Shown in pieces: positions 29,404-47,696 of a DNA stretch of 64,000 nucleotides. The DNA lies in assembly GCA_002269645.1 (NCBI GenBank), contig NIVC01001058.1, forward strand, positions 1 through 64,000, read 5' to 3'. The notes beneath the pieces were generated by a model. The model was not told where the DNA came from. It saw nothing but the letters and a program-made list of their open reading frames with translations, and did no database searches. Position 1 is the stretch's first letter, and each line of letters begins with the position of its first letter. This DNA comes from Macrostomum lignano. Its lineage: Eukaryota. Both the position numbers and the translations under genes were made by a program.

Positions 29404-32400
29404 TGCCAAGTTTGGATGATCAACTTCATTGTCAATAAATTCTAGAGAAAGGCAAAGATGGAATGAATGCTTTTAATATTAAAAACCGAAGTATATAAAA
29501 TGGTATGTTATGTACTTAAAATATGAGTTTTTCAATAGAAATCAGTATTATATTTGTTTTATCTATTTAAATATTTAAAAAATTATGACTAATACAACAA
29601 CTACATCCTACAGTATCATATAGCTATTTCATTTCTATGTTAGCACATATTTTGATGGAATGATTTGTTCAATTGATATAGTCTATAATATTAGTTATTA
29701 GTTAATATTGAAAAAATATTCAATTATTAAATTTATAAATTATATAAAACTATGTCATCTTATTTTAACATTTCAAAAGTTTGTGACTACAAATTTTAGA
29801 GGTTTAGGTATAAAAGGTACCAAAGCCCGAAGTGTATAATGTTAACTGATAGACACTCTACCCATCAGATCAGATCATTGTATTTGTCTGCTGTAAATTG
29901 TAGACAATTGTTGCCAACCCAACTGCAGACACCCTGAGACACGCGATCAAAAACCAAAAAGGATTTTTTCGCCTAGCAGGCCGAGGTGTGATTTGCTTGA
30001 TTTCCTTTCCCAAAAACATAAAGTGGTGAAGATTTTGTATCAGTAAAAGATAATATATTTGAGATAATTAAATGTATCATTGACTCATTACAGTAGCCGT
30101 TTATTGTAGTCTTAAATTACTAGGGGGTTCCAGCAGGGGTTCCAGGAAAAAAGCGAAAAATTCAGTAATGTTGAAATTTTTGATCTGGACTTTCACGCTG
30201 CTAGTTAAAAGCCATTTACTTAATTTATACACATTTTGTTTTATTGAGACTGAGGCACATAATATGTTATGCAATATTGTTCTAGTCAATATAACGTTGT
30301 TGTTATAACTTGTGGTATATTTTTAAATCAAAATGTAAAAAAAGAAATTACAGCCTTTAATTGCTAAAATAAGAGTTCGACGAAGGTTAGTTCAGCATCA
30401 AATTCTATTCTTTCATGTTTGTAGAGCTTATACATGATGCTATGGTAAGGAAATTATTGTCGGCGTAGAAGTCGGTTTTGTCCAGATCATTTAACATGTC
30501 TAATATACTGGTTCCGCTTATCCTTATCTTTATGTACATTATGTACATTAGGGCTATCCCACTTTTACCTTTTAGTCCTACCTACTACTACCTAGTACCT
30601 AAGGCCTAGGCTAGGCCTATGCTATGGATGGCTATGTGTACAAAATTTTAGTTATAGTGGGACCCTTTTTATTTAAATTTTGTAGGCTTACATGTAGGTC
30701 TTTAGTTAATTTTTTAATCTATTTTAGGCCCTATTAATAATTTTATAGCATTCCTAGTGCTAATCCACTCTCCCCAAGATGCTGTTTTCTCCACAAATTC
30801 GTGGCGTGCTTTGACTCTGCATGCCGCATGCTGAGATTATTTGGAAAAATCATGTGCACTGCATACCGCATGCATGCCTAAGGCCTTATCTGCATTGCGC
30901 GCCAAATGTGAAGCATTGACTAGGGGGAAGGGGTTGAAAGTGAAAATGTGCTCATATTTTAAAAACCACTTTGCTGACATGCTTATATAAATGCAGCAAA
31001 GCCTGTTTAAACAAATTAAAGATTTTCCACTAATTGGATTACTTTTTTGTCTTTTGTTGCTACAAAGTTACAAAAATATTATATTATATTATATTAACCT
31101 TCTAACTAGTGTTCTATTATAAGGAGAGTCTATGTGCCATAGCCATAGCCATAAGCAAAATTATAGCTTATTCCAAATTCTCTGTATTCCATAGCTAGCC
31201 ATAGGGACCCCAATATTACCATATTCTTATATCTAAGTCTATAATACAGTTTATCAAAATATTCTTATTTTATTCTACCTGTTTCTAATATTTTTTATTT
31301 TTTATTAAATTAACAACTATGGCTATCTGAATCTACAGAATATGACAACAATTACCAATTTCTATAATTGTAGCCATTAGAGCAGCTATCTACCATGGGC
31401 ATATCCATAATTGCTACAAGCACCTATTTTACCATATTTGCCAAAGGATCCCATAGCTATAGCCATAGCTACGGCAGAACACTATTTCTAGCTCTAACCT
31501 TAACCCCAACCCTAAAGCATTGGCATTTTAGCAATTCTCCCTATGAATCATTATAGCATTATAGCAATCTCTTCCAAGCTTTGACATTGTAGCAATTCCT
31601 AAATGAATCTCTTAACTTCAATATGACACTTTTTCTATCAATAACCCCCCTTATAAAGAGCCAACAAATAATGTAATAAAAAGTTTTGAATAAACTACAT
31701 TTACTATAGCTTCTGACTTTAGCCTTGACATCTCAATTATTCTCCCATAAGCTATGTATAGCTTTATACCTTGGGCCTAGCCTTAGGAAAAAGTAATTTA
31801 GTAAATCGAATGTTAATAGGCAAAATATAAATTTTACAAATGTTACAAACAAAAAACAAATAGGGATTTTTAAAAAACTTAAATTTATAGTGGCCTAAGC
31901 TAAAAATCTTTGTTTTAGTATTGATTATTAATAATTTAGTTTTAACATAATATCAAAATTTACCTATATCTATGATAACTATATCTAATTAATTAACTTT
32001 AGTCCCTACTAAACAAACTATATAATATGCATTTGTTATAAAAAGTAAAGTAGAAAAAAGTAAATAGTGCAATAAAATGTATTTCTTAAATCTGATTGAT
32101 CCTAATGACTATAAGTAGGATTTAGAGCTTCCTTTGTATAGGAAATGAAAATATCTATCTTAACTTAAACCTCATATAACCCTAACCACACAATATACAT
32201 ATATAGAGCTTTGTTGCTTAAGTCTTTGACCTTAAGATATTTAAAAGCTCTTCTTATCTTTCTATTAAAAGTGAAAATATAACTTTAGCTCCCTTCAATA
32301 TATAAGTTCTAAGAAATTTGATAGGATAAAAAATCCTGTCTTTGGAAAGATTCCAATATCTTCCTACCTCTAGCCAAAAGTATCTTGACCCCTTAAAATA

Positions 32401-32793
32401 GCTAACTATCAATATTTCATATCTTTACTATGTCTACTTTAGTCATTAAAATATAAGTAGTCATTTGATCACTCAAATAACCTCATTCAGTCAATATGAT
32501 CTCAAGGAATGCTAGATGGTTTGTATCCCCTTGTATATATTGTAGCCTTCATAGAGCTTCCTAGAGTATTGTATTTTAGTCCTTTATCTTAACTAATTAA
32601 TTTATATACTGGCTATGGACATTTGCAATTGCATGAATGTCAATACCCACTGCATTGAATAAACAGGCAATTACCAGAGATTATATAATGCTAATTTATC
32701 ATATCCATGCATGCTTAATCATATCTAAACTTGTTTTGCCAATCAAAAATAGCATTGAAAAAGCTTTCTTATCAGTGAAACTGCACACAATAG

Positions 32794-38284
<5,491 letters not shown>

Positions 38285-38489
38285 CCAAGTTGCTAATGTG
38301 TTCAGTAATCTTGTTTGTCTATTAATCAGTAGTCTGTTGTGCCACATCCTGTGTGTCTCGTTGCGTAAGTTCTCCCTTGGAGCCGAGATTCTGCTGGTTA
38401 AGGGAGGGGGCTTTTTGGGGCTTGATTCTAACGTAATAGTTTTTAATTCAGTTTCTTCCAAATTGTCGGGTTATGTATCCGTGATAATT

Positions 38490-39362
38490 GTCGCCGTATC
38501 CATGGCAACTATTTCTGTATCAATGGTAACAATCTGGTATCCGTGTAAAAAGAGAACATTTCAACCGTAACCTACAGTCTCCGTAACCAAGGTAATGGTT
38601 CCCGAATTCATGGTTATGAGTTCCGTAACCATGGTAACAGTCCTGTATCTATGGTAACAAGCTTCATATCTATGGTAACAAGCTTCATATCCATGGTGAC
38701 AAGCTTCATCCATGGTAACAAGCTTCATCCATGGTAACAAGCTTCATATCCATGGTAACAAGCTCTGTAACCATGGTAACAAGCTCTGTAACCATGGTAA
38801 CAGTCCCCATATCCATGGTTACAATCTCCGTAACCATGGTAACAGTCCCATCCCCATATCCATGGTTACAATCTCCGTAACCATGGTAACAGTCCCATCC
38901 CGATATCTATGGTTACAATCTCCGTAACCATGGTAACAGTCCCATCCCCATATCCATGGTTACAATCTCCGTAACCATGGTAACAGTCCCATCCCGATAT
39001 CTATGGTTACAATCTCCGTAACCATGGTAACAGTCCCATCCCCATATCCATGGTTACAATCTCCGTAACCATGGTAACAGTCCCATCCCGATATCTATGG
39101 TTACAATCTCCGTAACCATGGTAACAGTCCCATCCCCATATCCATGGTTACAATCTCCGTAACCATGGTAACAGTCCCATCCCGATATCTATGGTTACAA
39201 TCTCCGTAACCATGGTAACAGTCCCATCCCCATATCCATGGTTACAATCTCCGTAACCATGGTAACAGTCCCATCCCGATATCTATGGTTACAATCTCCG
39301 TAACCATGGTAACAGTCCCATCCCGATATCTATGGTTACAATCTCCGTAACCATGGTAACAG
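38490..39362. repeat. 47 bp minisatellite 3' of SRP54 built on GTAACCATGGTAAC (X-box-like)
   Basis: Unit GTAACCATGGTAACAGTCCCATCCCCATATCCATGGTTACAATCTCC with alternating variants. Confidence 0.96.
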
Positions 39363-40449
39363 TTATTAGTCACCATTTTCCTAGTTGATGTCAGTATTGT
39401 TACGAGAAGAACTCGTGAAAAGTTGTAATATCTGATTGCCTTGAAGCAGAATTTCTTACCCCAGTGGCTAAGATGAAAGAAATTAATTCTGAGTTCGTTT
39501 TGTTTTTTTGTTTAAACTTGCTTCATTGAATTTATTGAAAAGTGGCGTCCTGCTCTCTGTGTCATTTCCTCTTATCTGTGCCCTCCAGCGTCATTTGATA
39601 TTGTGTTCTACTAGACTAACTGAACAGTTGCAGGTATTCTGTCTATCCGGAACGGATTTCCGTGGTGAATGGGTTTTGCGGGTCTGTTTAGAGTATGTAT
39701 ATGCATGTCAGAGAGCCAGCTCTCCGCTGCTTTGCCTATCGTATTTTATTACTTTTTTCATGTGTTTGCCTGCCTACTAATGTAACTGTAAATGGCTACT
39801 GTCAGTAGTGTAGCCGGCGTTCATTCTCTCCTATTTTCGCATACTTGACAACATATATTCATACTACAGAGCATGCCTTCATCAATTGAGTATGGATTAA
39901 GTTTTTTATGGATTCTGTTAATTATAACTCTAATGTGCTTGTACTACTACTTTCTTGCTGTGCAAACTAAATAGCTTTGTAATCGAGTGAAATCAAAATT
40001 TAACTAATTGCATGGCATAACCATCCAGTTGAAATACTGGCGTGTTTCAATTGACACATTCCCGACACAGTTTCTCTCTGGTTGTGTCGCCTGTCAACCT
40101 GCAATCAATATTCTAGCTACGGTTCTCTGTCTGCTCAGCTTATCTAACTCGCTTTAATTGCCTGCTGGTAGAGATCTCTTGTGCTTTTCATGTTGGCTCA
40201 CTAGCTGTCCCCCTGATAGAGAGACTTTTTGCCTTGCCCTGTCCGTGTAATTGTCCTGCTCTCTTGGCGTGATTCAATTATATAATAAACTGATTGCTTC
40301 ATTCTGTTGGCCCTAAAGATTTCTGCTGGATTCGTGGTTGGATAAATTAAAAATGTGATTCTAAGAAAGTGATATTTCTTGTGTTTATATATTTAGGCAT
40401 TAAACATCCGGGCTCTGCAGCTTTTGACTGCCAGCCACAGTTTCACTGC

Positions 40450-40952
40450 GAACCTAAACCCTCTAACCTAAACCCTACCCTTTAATCTAAACCCTACCCC
40501 CTAACCTAAACCCTACCCCCTAACCTAAACCCTACCCCCTAACCTAAACGCTACCCCCTAACCTAAACCCTACCCCCTAACCTAAACCCTACCCCCTAAC
40601 CTAAACCCTACCCCCTAACCTAAACCCTACCCCCTAACCTAAACCCTACCCCCTAACCTAAACCCTACCCCCTAACCTAAACGCTACCCCCTAACCTAAA
40701 CCCTACCCCCTAACCTAAACCCTACCCCCTAACCTAAACCCTACCCCTAACCTAAACCCTACCCCCTAACCTAAACCCTACCCCTAACCTAAACCCTACC
40801 CCCTAACCTAAACCCTACCCCCTAACCTAAACCCTACCCCCTAACCCAAACCCTACTTCCTAACCTAAACCCTACCCTCTAACCTAAACCCTACTTCCTA
40901 ACCTAAACCCTACTTCCTAACCTAAACCCTACCCCTAACCTAAGCCCTACCC
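40450..40952. repeat. Telomere-like 19-20 bp minisatellite (CTAACCTAAACCCTACCCC)
   Basis: Direct; about 25 copies. Confidence 0.96.
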
Positions 40953-41434
40953 GCATCCCTGCTACAGATAAATATCGCTGCATCCAGCAGGACTTAATGT
41001 ACATGCTAAACTTTCAGGCACTAAACTGTGAATTTCTGTTAGTTCGTTGAGGAACAAATTTCTCTAATGGCAGTCCCAGTGTGGCAAAGGAAATTGGAAT
41101 CTTTCTCAGTGCGCAGTTCTAAAATTAGCGGCCGAAGTAAATGCCGAGACAGACAGTTGTTGATTTTCACAGTTGCAGCGGATCCGCGGAATGCGGCAGC
41201 TTGCTTCGGCTAGTTGCCGGCAGTTTAAGAGTGACGGCTCTCCCTCATCTCTCTGCATGGCTAAAGTTGAATTCTTAGCCTCTGAAGGCTGTCCAAATCC
41301 CTCAGACAGTTCTTGTCAGAAATGTTACTCCTTTGAAGGCGTGCATGCGGTTAAACTGTGATTCGGGCAGTCTTTAAAGCCCTCTCCCTGAAACTGCCGA
41401 GGAGAGCTAAAATGATAGGATCTGAAATCTACTG

Positions 41435-41685
41435 AGGGGGTACCAGATACAAAGAGGGCGCCAGCTACGAAGGGGATTCCAGCTACAGAGGGGGACCAGC
41501 TACAGAGGGAGGCACCAGCTACAGATGGGGCACCAGCTACAGAGGGAGGCACCAGCTACAGATGGGGCACCAGCTACAGAGGGAGGCACCAGCTACAGAT
41601 GGGGCACCAGCTACAGAGGGAGGCACCAGCTACAGATGGGGCACCAGCTATAGAGGGGGTTCCAGCTACAGAGCGGGCACCAGGA
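41435..41685. repeat. 18/19 bp dimeric minisatellite (ACCAGCTACAGAGGGAGGC / ACCAGCTACAGATGGGGC)
   Basis: Direct. Confidence 0.93.
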
Positions 41686-42180
41686 ATGAGCTCTTATAAT
41701 ACTGAAGTCAGTTTTTGTTTAATACAAAATCAAGCTTGGAATTTTTTGATATGACTATTTTACGCCCGATTCTTATCACCGGATCTCCCAGACGGAGAAA
41801 TATACGCGGCACGTGACAAAATGTTTTCGAATGTCCTCTTTTGGGGCAGTTGAAAAAGTGGTGCGTCAGAGTCAGTTTGGTATGGGTGTACTTTTGCATC
41901 TGGGCTAGCTATTTTAAGTAACAGCAAAGGTGAATCCTTCACACGTATCTGCAGTTCATTGGGTTCGAAAAGAGTTTGATATTAAATTCCGCCTTAGCTA
42001 AGAACTTTCGTTCTGCTGCACTAGAGCGGAAATTAAGCGCGTTGCTTTCGGCATAACCCGGCAGTGCGCAGTGTCTGACAATTGGTTCGCATCGCATTTC
42101 TGGCGTTAAAGTTTTGCTTTTTGAGCTGCCATTACATTTCTACTCTCAGTTGATAGTGAAATTGGTTTTTCTGATGCTAT

Positions 42181-45100
42181 TGGTGCCATTACAGTTGAGG
42201 TGGTGCCATTTTAGTTGAGGTGGTGCCATTTCAGTTGAGGTGGTGCCATTTCAGTTGAGGTGGTGCCATTACAGTTGAGGTGGTGCCATTTTAGTTGAGG
42301 TGGTGCCATTTCAGTTGAGGTGGTGCCATTTCAGTTGAGGTGGTGCCATTTTAGTTGAGGTGGTGCCATTTCAGTTGAGGTGGTGCCATTTCAGTTGAGG
42401 TGGTGCCATTTCAGTTGAGGTGGTGCCATTTCAGTTGAGGTGGTGCCATTTCAGTTGAGGTGGTGCCATTTCAGTTGAGGTGGTGCCATTACAGTTGAGG
42501 TGGTGCCATTTTAGTTGAGGTGGTGCCATTTCAGTTGAGGTGGTGCCATTTCAGTTGAGGTGGTGCCATTACAGTTGAGGTGGTGCCATTTTAGTTGAGG
42601 TGGTGCCATTTCAGTTGAGGTGGTGCCATTTCAGTTGAGGTGGTGCCATTTCAGTTGAGGTGGTGCCATTTCAGTTGAGGTGGTGCCATTTCAGTTAAGG
42701 TGGTGCCATTTCAGTTGAGGTGGTGCCATTTCAGTTAAGGTGGCGCCATTTCAGTTAAGGTGGCGTCATTTCAGTTAAGGTGGCGCCATTTCAGTTAAGG
42801 TGGCGCCATTTCAGTTAAGGTGGCGTCATTTCAGTTAAGGTGGCGCCATTTCAGTTGAGGTGGTGCCATTTCAGTTGAGGTGGTGCCATTTCAGTTGAGG
42901 TGGTGCCATTTCAGTTGAGGTGGTGCCATTACAGTTGAGGTGGTGCCATTTTAGTTGAGGTGGTGCCATTTTAGTTGAGGTGGTGCCATTTCAGTTGAGG
43001 TGGTGCCATTTCAGTTGAGGTGGTGCCATTTCAGTTGAGGTGGTGCCATTTCAGTTAAGGTGGTGCCATTTCAGTTGAGGTGGTGCCATTTCAGTTGAGG
43101 TGGTGCCATTACAGTTGAGGTGGTGCCATTTTAGTTGAGGTGGTGCCATTTCAGTTGAGGTGGTGCCATTTCAGTTGAGGTGGTGCCATTTCAGTTGAGG
43201 TGGTGCCATTTCAGTTGAGGTGGTGCCATTTCAGTTAAGGTGGTGCCATTTCAGTTGAGGTGGTGCCATTTCAGTTGAGGTGGTGCCATTTCAGTTGAGG
43301 TGGTGCCATTTCAGTTGAGGTGGTGCCATTACAGTTGAGGTGGTGCCATTTTAGTTGAGGTGGTGCCATTTCAGTTGAGGTGGTGCCATTTCAGTTGAGG
43401 TGGTGCCATTTCAGTTGAGGTGGTGCCATTTTAGTTGAGGTGGTGCCATTTCAGTTAAGGTGGTGCCATTTCAGTTGAGGTGGTGCCATTTCAGTTGAGG
43501 TGGTGCCATTACAGTTGAGGTGGTGCCATTTTAGTTGAGGTGGTGCCATTTCAGTTGAGGTGGTGCCATTTCAGTTGAGGTGGTGCCATTTCAGTTAAGG
43601 TGGTGCCATTTCAGTTGAGGTGGTGCCATTTCAGTTAAGGTGGCGCCATTTCAGTTAAGGTGGCGTCATTTCAGTTAAGGTGGCGCCATTTCAGTTAAGG
43701 TGGCGCCATTTCAGTTAAGGTGGCGTCATTTCAGTTAAGGTGGCGCCATTTCAGTTAAGGTGGTGCCATTTCAGTTTGAGAGAGGCGCCATTTCAGTTAA
43801 GGTGGCGCCATTTCAGTTAAGGTGGTGCCATTTCAGTTAAGGTGGCGCTATTTTAATTGAGGTGGCGCCATTTCAGTTAAGGTGGCGCTATTTCAGTTGA
43901 GGTGGTGCCATTTCAGTTAAGGTGGTGCCATTTCAGTTGAGGTGGTGCCATTTCAGTTGAGGTGGTGCCATTTTAGTTGAGGTGGTGCCATTTCAGTTGA
44001 GGTGGTGCCATTTCAGTTGAGGTGGTGCCATTTCAGTTGAGGTGGTGCCATTTCAGTTGAGGTGGTGCCATTACAGTTGAGGTGGTGCCATTTTAGTTGA
44101 GGTGGTGCCATTTCAGTTGAGGTGGTGCCATTTCAGTTGAGGTGGTGCCATTTCAGTTGAGGTGGTGCCATTTCAGTTGAGGTGGTGCCATTTCAGTTAA
44201 GGTGGTGCCATTTCAGTTGAGGTGGTGCCATTTCAGTTGAGGTGGTGCCATTACAGTTGAGGTGGTGCCATTTTAGTTGAGGTGGTGCCATTTCAGTTGA
44301 GGTGGTGCCATTTCAGTTGAGGTGGTGCCATTTCAGTTGAGGTGGTGCCATTTTAGTTGAGGTGGTGCCATTTCAGTTAAGGTGGTGCCATTTCAGTTAA
44401 GGTGGTGCCATTTCAGTTAAGGTGGCGCCATTTCAGTTAAGGTGGCGTCATTTCAGTTAAGGTGGCGCCATTTCAGTTAAGGTGGCGCCATTTCAGTTAA
44501 GGTGGCGCCATTTCAGTTAAGGTGGTGCCATTTCAGTTTGAGAGAGGCGCCATTTCAGTTAAGGTGGCGCCATTTCAGTTAAGGTGGTGCCATTTCAGTT
44601 AAGGTGGCGCCATTTTAATTGAGGTGGCGCCATTTCAGTTAAGGTGGCGCTATTTCAGTTGAGGTGGCGCCATTTAAGTTGAGGTGGCGCCATTTCAGTT
44701 TGAGAGAGGCGCCATTTCAGTTAAGGTGGTGCCCTTTCAGTTAAGGTGGTGCCATTTCAGTTGAGGTGGTGCCATTTCAGTTGAGGTGGTGCCATTTCAG
44801 TTGAGGTGGTGCCATTTCAGTTAAGGTGGTGCCATTTCAGTTGAGGTGGTGCCCTTTCAGTTAAGGTGGTGCCCTTTCAGTTAAGGTGGCGCCATTTCAG
44901 TTGAGGTGGCGCCATTTCAGTTAAGGTGGTGCCATTTCAGTTGAGGTGGTGCCCTTTCAGTTAAGGTGGTGCCCTTTCAGTTAAGGTGGCGCCATTTCAG
45001 TTGAGGTGGCGCCATTTCAGTTAAGGTGGCGCTATTTCAGTTGAGGTGGCGCCATTTCAGTTAAGGTGGCGCTATTTCAGTTGAGGTGGCGCCATTTAAG

Positions 45101-45415
45101 TTGAGGTGGCGCCATTTCAGTTGATGGGGCGCCATTTCAGTTAAGGTGGTGCCATTTCAGTTAAGGTGGCGCCATTTCAGTTAAGGTGGCGCCATTTCAG
45201 TTAAGGTGGCGTCATTTCAGTTAAGGTGGCGTCATTTCAGTTAAGGTGGCGCCATTACAGTTGAGGTGGCGCCATTTCAGTTGAGGTGGTGCCATTTCAG
45301 TTGAGGTGGTGCCATTTCAGTTGAGGTGGTGCCATTTCAGTTAAGGTGGCGCCATTTCAGTTAAGGTGGCGCCATTTCAGTTAAGGTGGCGCCATTTCAG
45401 TTGAGGGGGGCGCCA
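42181..45415. repeat. 20 bp satellite array (GCCATTTCAGTTGAGGTGGT), ~160 copies
   Basis: Direct; variant blocks recur. Confidence 0.99.
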
Positions 45416-45778
45416 GCACCAGGGGCACCAGCACCAGGGGCGCCAGCATCTCTAATAACTACCAATACTAAATAAGTTGGTAATAAAAAATCGCTTGAGT
45501 CGCTGCAATGGATTGAGCAAATGCTCATTAGCTAATAATTCCGAGCTGATATTTTTATTTAGTAGAGACAATTAACTTTTCAAAATGGTAAAATGTTTGT
45601 ACACGCGCCATGCAGGGGGGGGGGGACTGCAGTGTGGCTTCGAATTCTGGCTTTTAAAATAATGTTTTTTATCGCAAGCAGCAGAACTTTTTCTCCTTGC
45701 TGTGGAGTCGCTGTGGGACCACTACTTCAGCTGTGCTGAGTCTTTCAGACTGAATACTGAGGCAGAACTGGGTGGCAT

Positions 45779-47696
45779 TCAATTTCTAAGAAAGCCATCG
45801 CGCAGGTCGGCTTGGATGGAGTTCTTCAGCCAGTCGAACAGCACGCTGACGCGCTGGAACACTCCGCTGTGATAGCCGCAGCCGCGCGGGTGCCCGAAGC
45901 TGGTGATGCCGTACAGGTACCAGCGCTCGGCGCCGTCGGGTGTGCCAGCCGGCTTGTCTGAGCAGAACAGGCCGCCGCCGCTGTCGCCGGAGCAGGTGTC
46001 GCTGCCGGAGGCTGAGGCGCACACGTGAGTCAGCGGGTTGATGCGGACGCTGGTCCTGGCGTACTCCTCCTGACAGCGGCTGTTGTCAGTCAGGTACAGC
46101 CGGGCCTCCCGCAGCGTCGGCGACATCGGACCGTCTTCGGCTTTGCGGCCTTGCCGACCGAAACCGATGGCGGTGCACATCGTGTTGGTGGGGAGCTCCG
46201 ACACCCGATGGCGCTCCGGCGGCAGGCAGGCAAGCTTGACGTGATTGCCGAGCGTCACCGGCCAGTCCAGCTTCAGCAGGGCCACGTCGTACTCCAGGTT
46301 GCCGGCCCGGATGCCCGGATGTGTGCGGATCTTCACCACCCGCCGTGTCTGCTCGTTCGGGTGTTTTTCACGCGTGTCGTGGTCGCCAACCACTGCGTAC
46401 ACTTGACGCAACCTGTGATTGCCAACGACGCAGTGCCTGGCGGTCAGCACGAACTGCGGATGGATCAGGGTGCCGCCGCAGATCTGCTGGACACCGCCGT
46501 AGCGACGGTTGCGACGGTTGCGCACCAGTCTGACCTGCGGGGTGGGTGTGCCATTGTGGTTGGATGGAACTGTCTCTCCTCTCTTCTCTCCTCTCTCCTC
46601 ACATGCTTTCTAGCATGCGGAGTCAGCGAACTGGGCATGATGGCTTGCCGCCTCGCTGACTGCGGGTCGGCTGATGAGTGCCTGCGGCGCTAAAATAAGT
46701 GCCTGCGGCGCTAAAATGAGTGCCTGCGGCGCTAAAATGAGTGCCTGCGGCGCTAAAATGAGTGCATGCGGCGCTAAAATGAGTGTCTGCGGCGCTAAAA
46801 TAAGTGCCTGCGGCGCTAAAATGAGTGCCTGCGGCGCTAAAATGAGTGCCTGCGGCGCTAAAATGAGTGCCTGCGGCGCTAAAATGAGTGCCTGCGGCGC
46901 TAAAATGAGTGTCTGCGGCGCTAAAATAAGTGCCTGCGGCGCTAAAATGAGTGTCTGCGGCGCTAAAATAAGTGCCTGCGGCGCTAAAATGAGTGTCTGC
47001 GGCGCTAAAATAAGTGCCTGCGGCGCTAAAATGAGTGTCTGCGGCGCTAAAATGAGTGCCTGCGGCGCTAAAATAAGTGCCTGCGGCGCTAAAATGAGTG
47101 CCTGCGGCGCTAAAATGAGTGCCTGCGGCGCTAAAATGAGGGCCTGCGGCGCTATAGAAGCTGCAACTACAATCTGCAATCTTAGCTTTATGCATTTTTA
47201 TACGGCTCAAAGGTGAGTTTCGAATTTTTTGTACTATTAATCGTGGCTTCTCTCAAAACAATGCGAGTCTAGTGGGGAGATCAAAGGGGTGGGGCGGACT
47301 CACGTGCCAAGGCCAGCTGTGTGGCTGCGACTCCACTCCGCCGAAGATTCTCTGCACCACGGGGTCGCGCCGTTGGCCGCATTCCACAGTGGTCAGATTG
47401 ATGTTGATCAGGCAGTCCCCGGTGAAGCAGTCCTGCTGCTGGAAGATGTTATTGCAAGGCCAGAGAAAGTTTTTCGATTCGCAGGTCCGGCGCCTGTACT
47501 GCTTGCACTTGTTGGTGCAGAAGCCCCAGGCGTTCCACTCGCCGTAGGTAACGTAAGAGTCATAGGCGTAAGCGCCGTCCGCGGCTGCAGAGGTCAGGCA
47601 ACAGCAGACGATGAGCATTAGGGCTACGACTAGCTGCGTCAATCGTATTGACGTCGATGCGGCTGCGGCAGCTGCCGGCGCAAATGCAGTTTTCAT
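45779..47696 (-). CDS. Secreted trypsin-like serine protease with an N-terminal TSP1 repeat; exons 47696-47304, 46534-45779; 382 aa
   Basis: Signal peptide; TSP1 motif WNAWGFC..C..RRRTC; activation site QR|IFGG; PHSWPW; triad TARHC, DVALL, GDSGG; Asp at the S1 position (DTCSGDS). Confidence 0.92.
46672..47155. repeat. 21 bp minisatellite in the protease intron (TGCGGCGCTAAAATGAGTGCC)
   Basis: Direct; about 23 copies. Confidence 0.97.

Noticed and set aside
46610-47216. Repeat ORFs (ILAPQAL, MSACGAK)
   Set aside because: 21-bp intronic array of the protease gene
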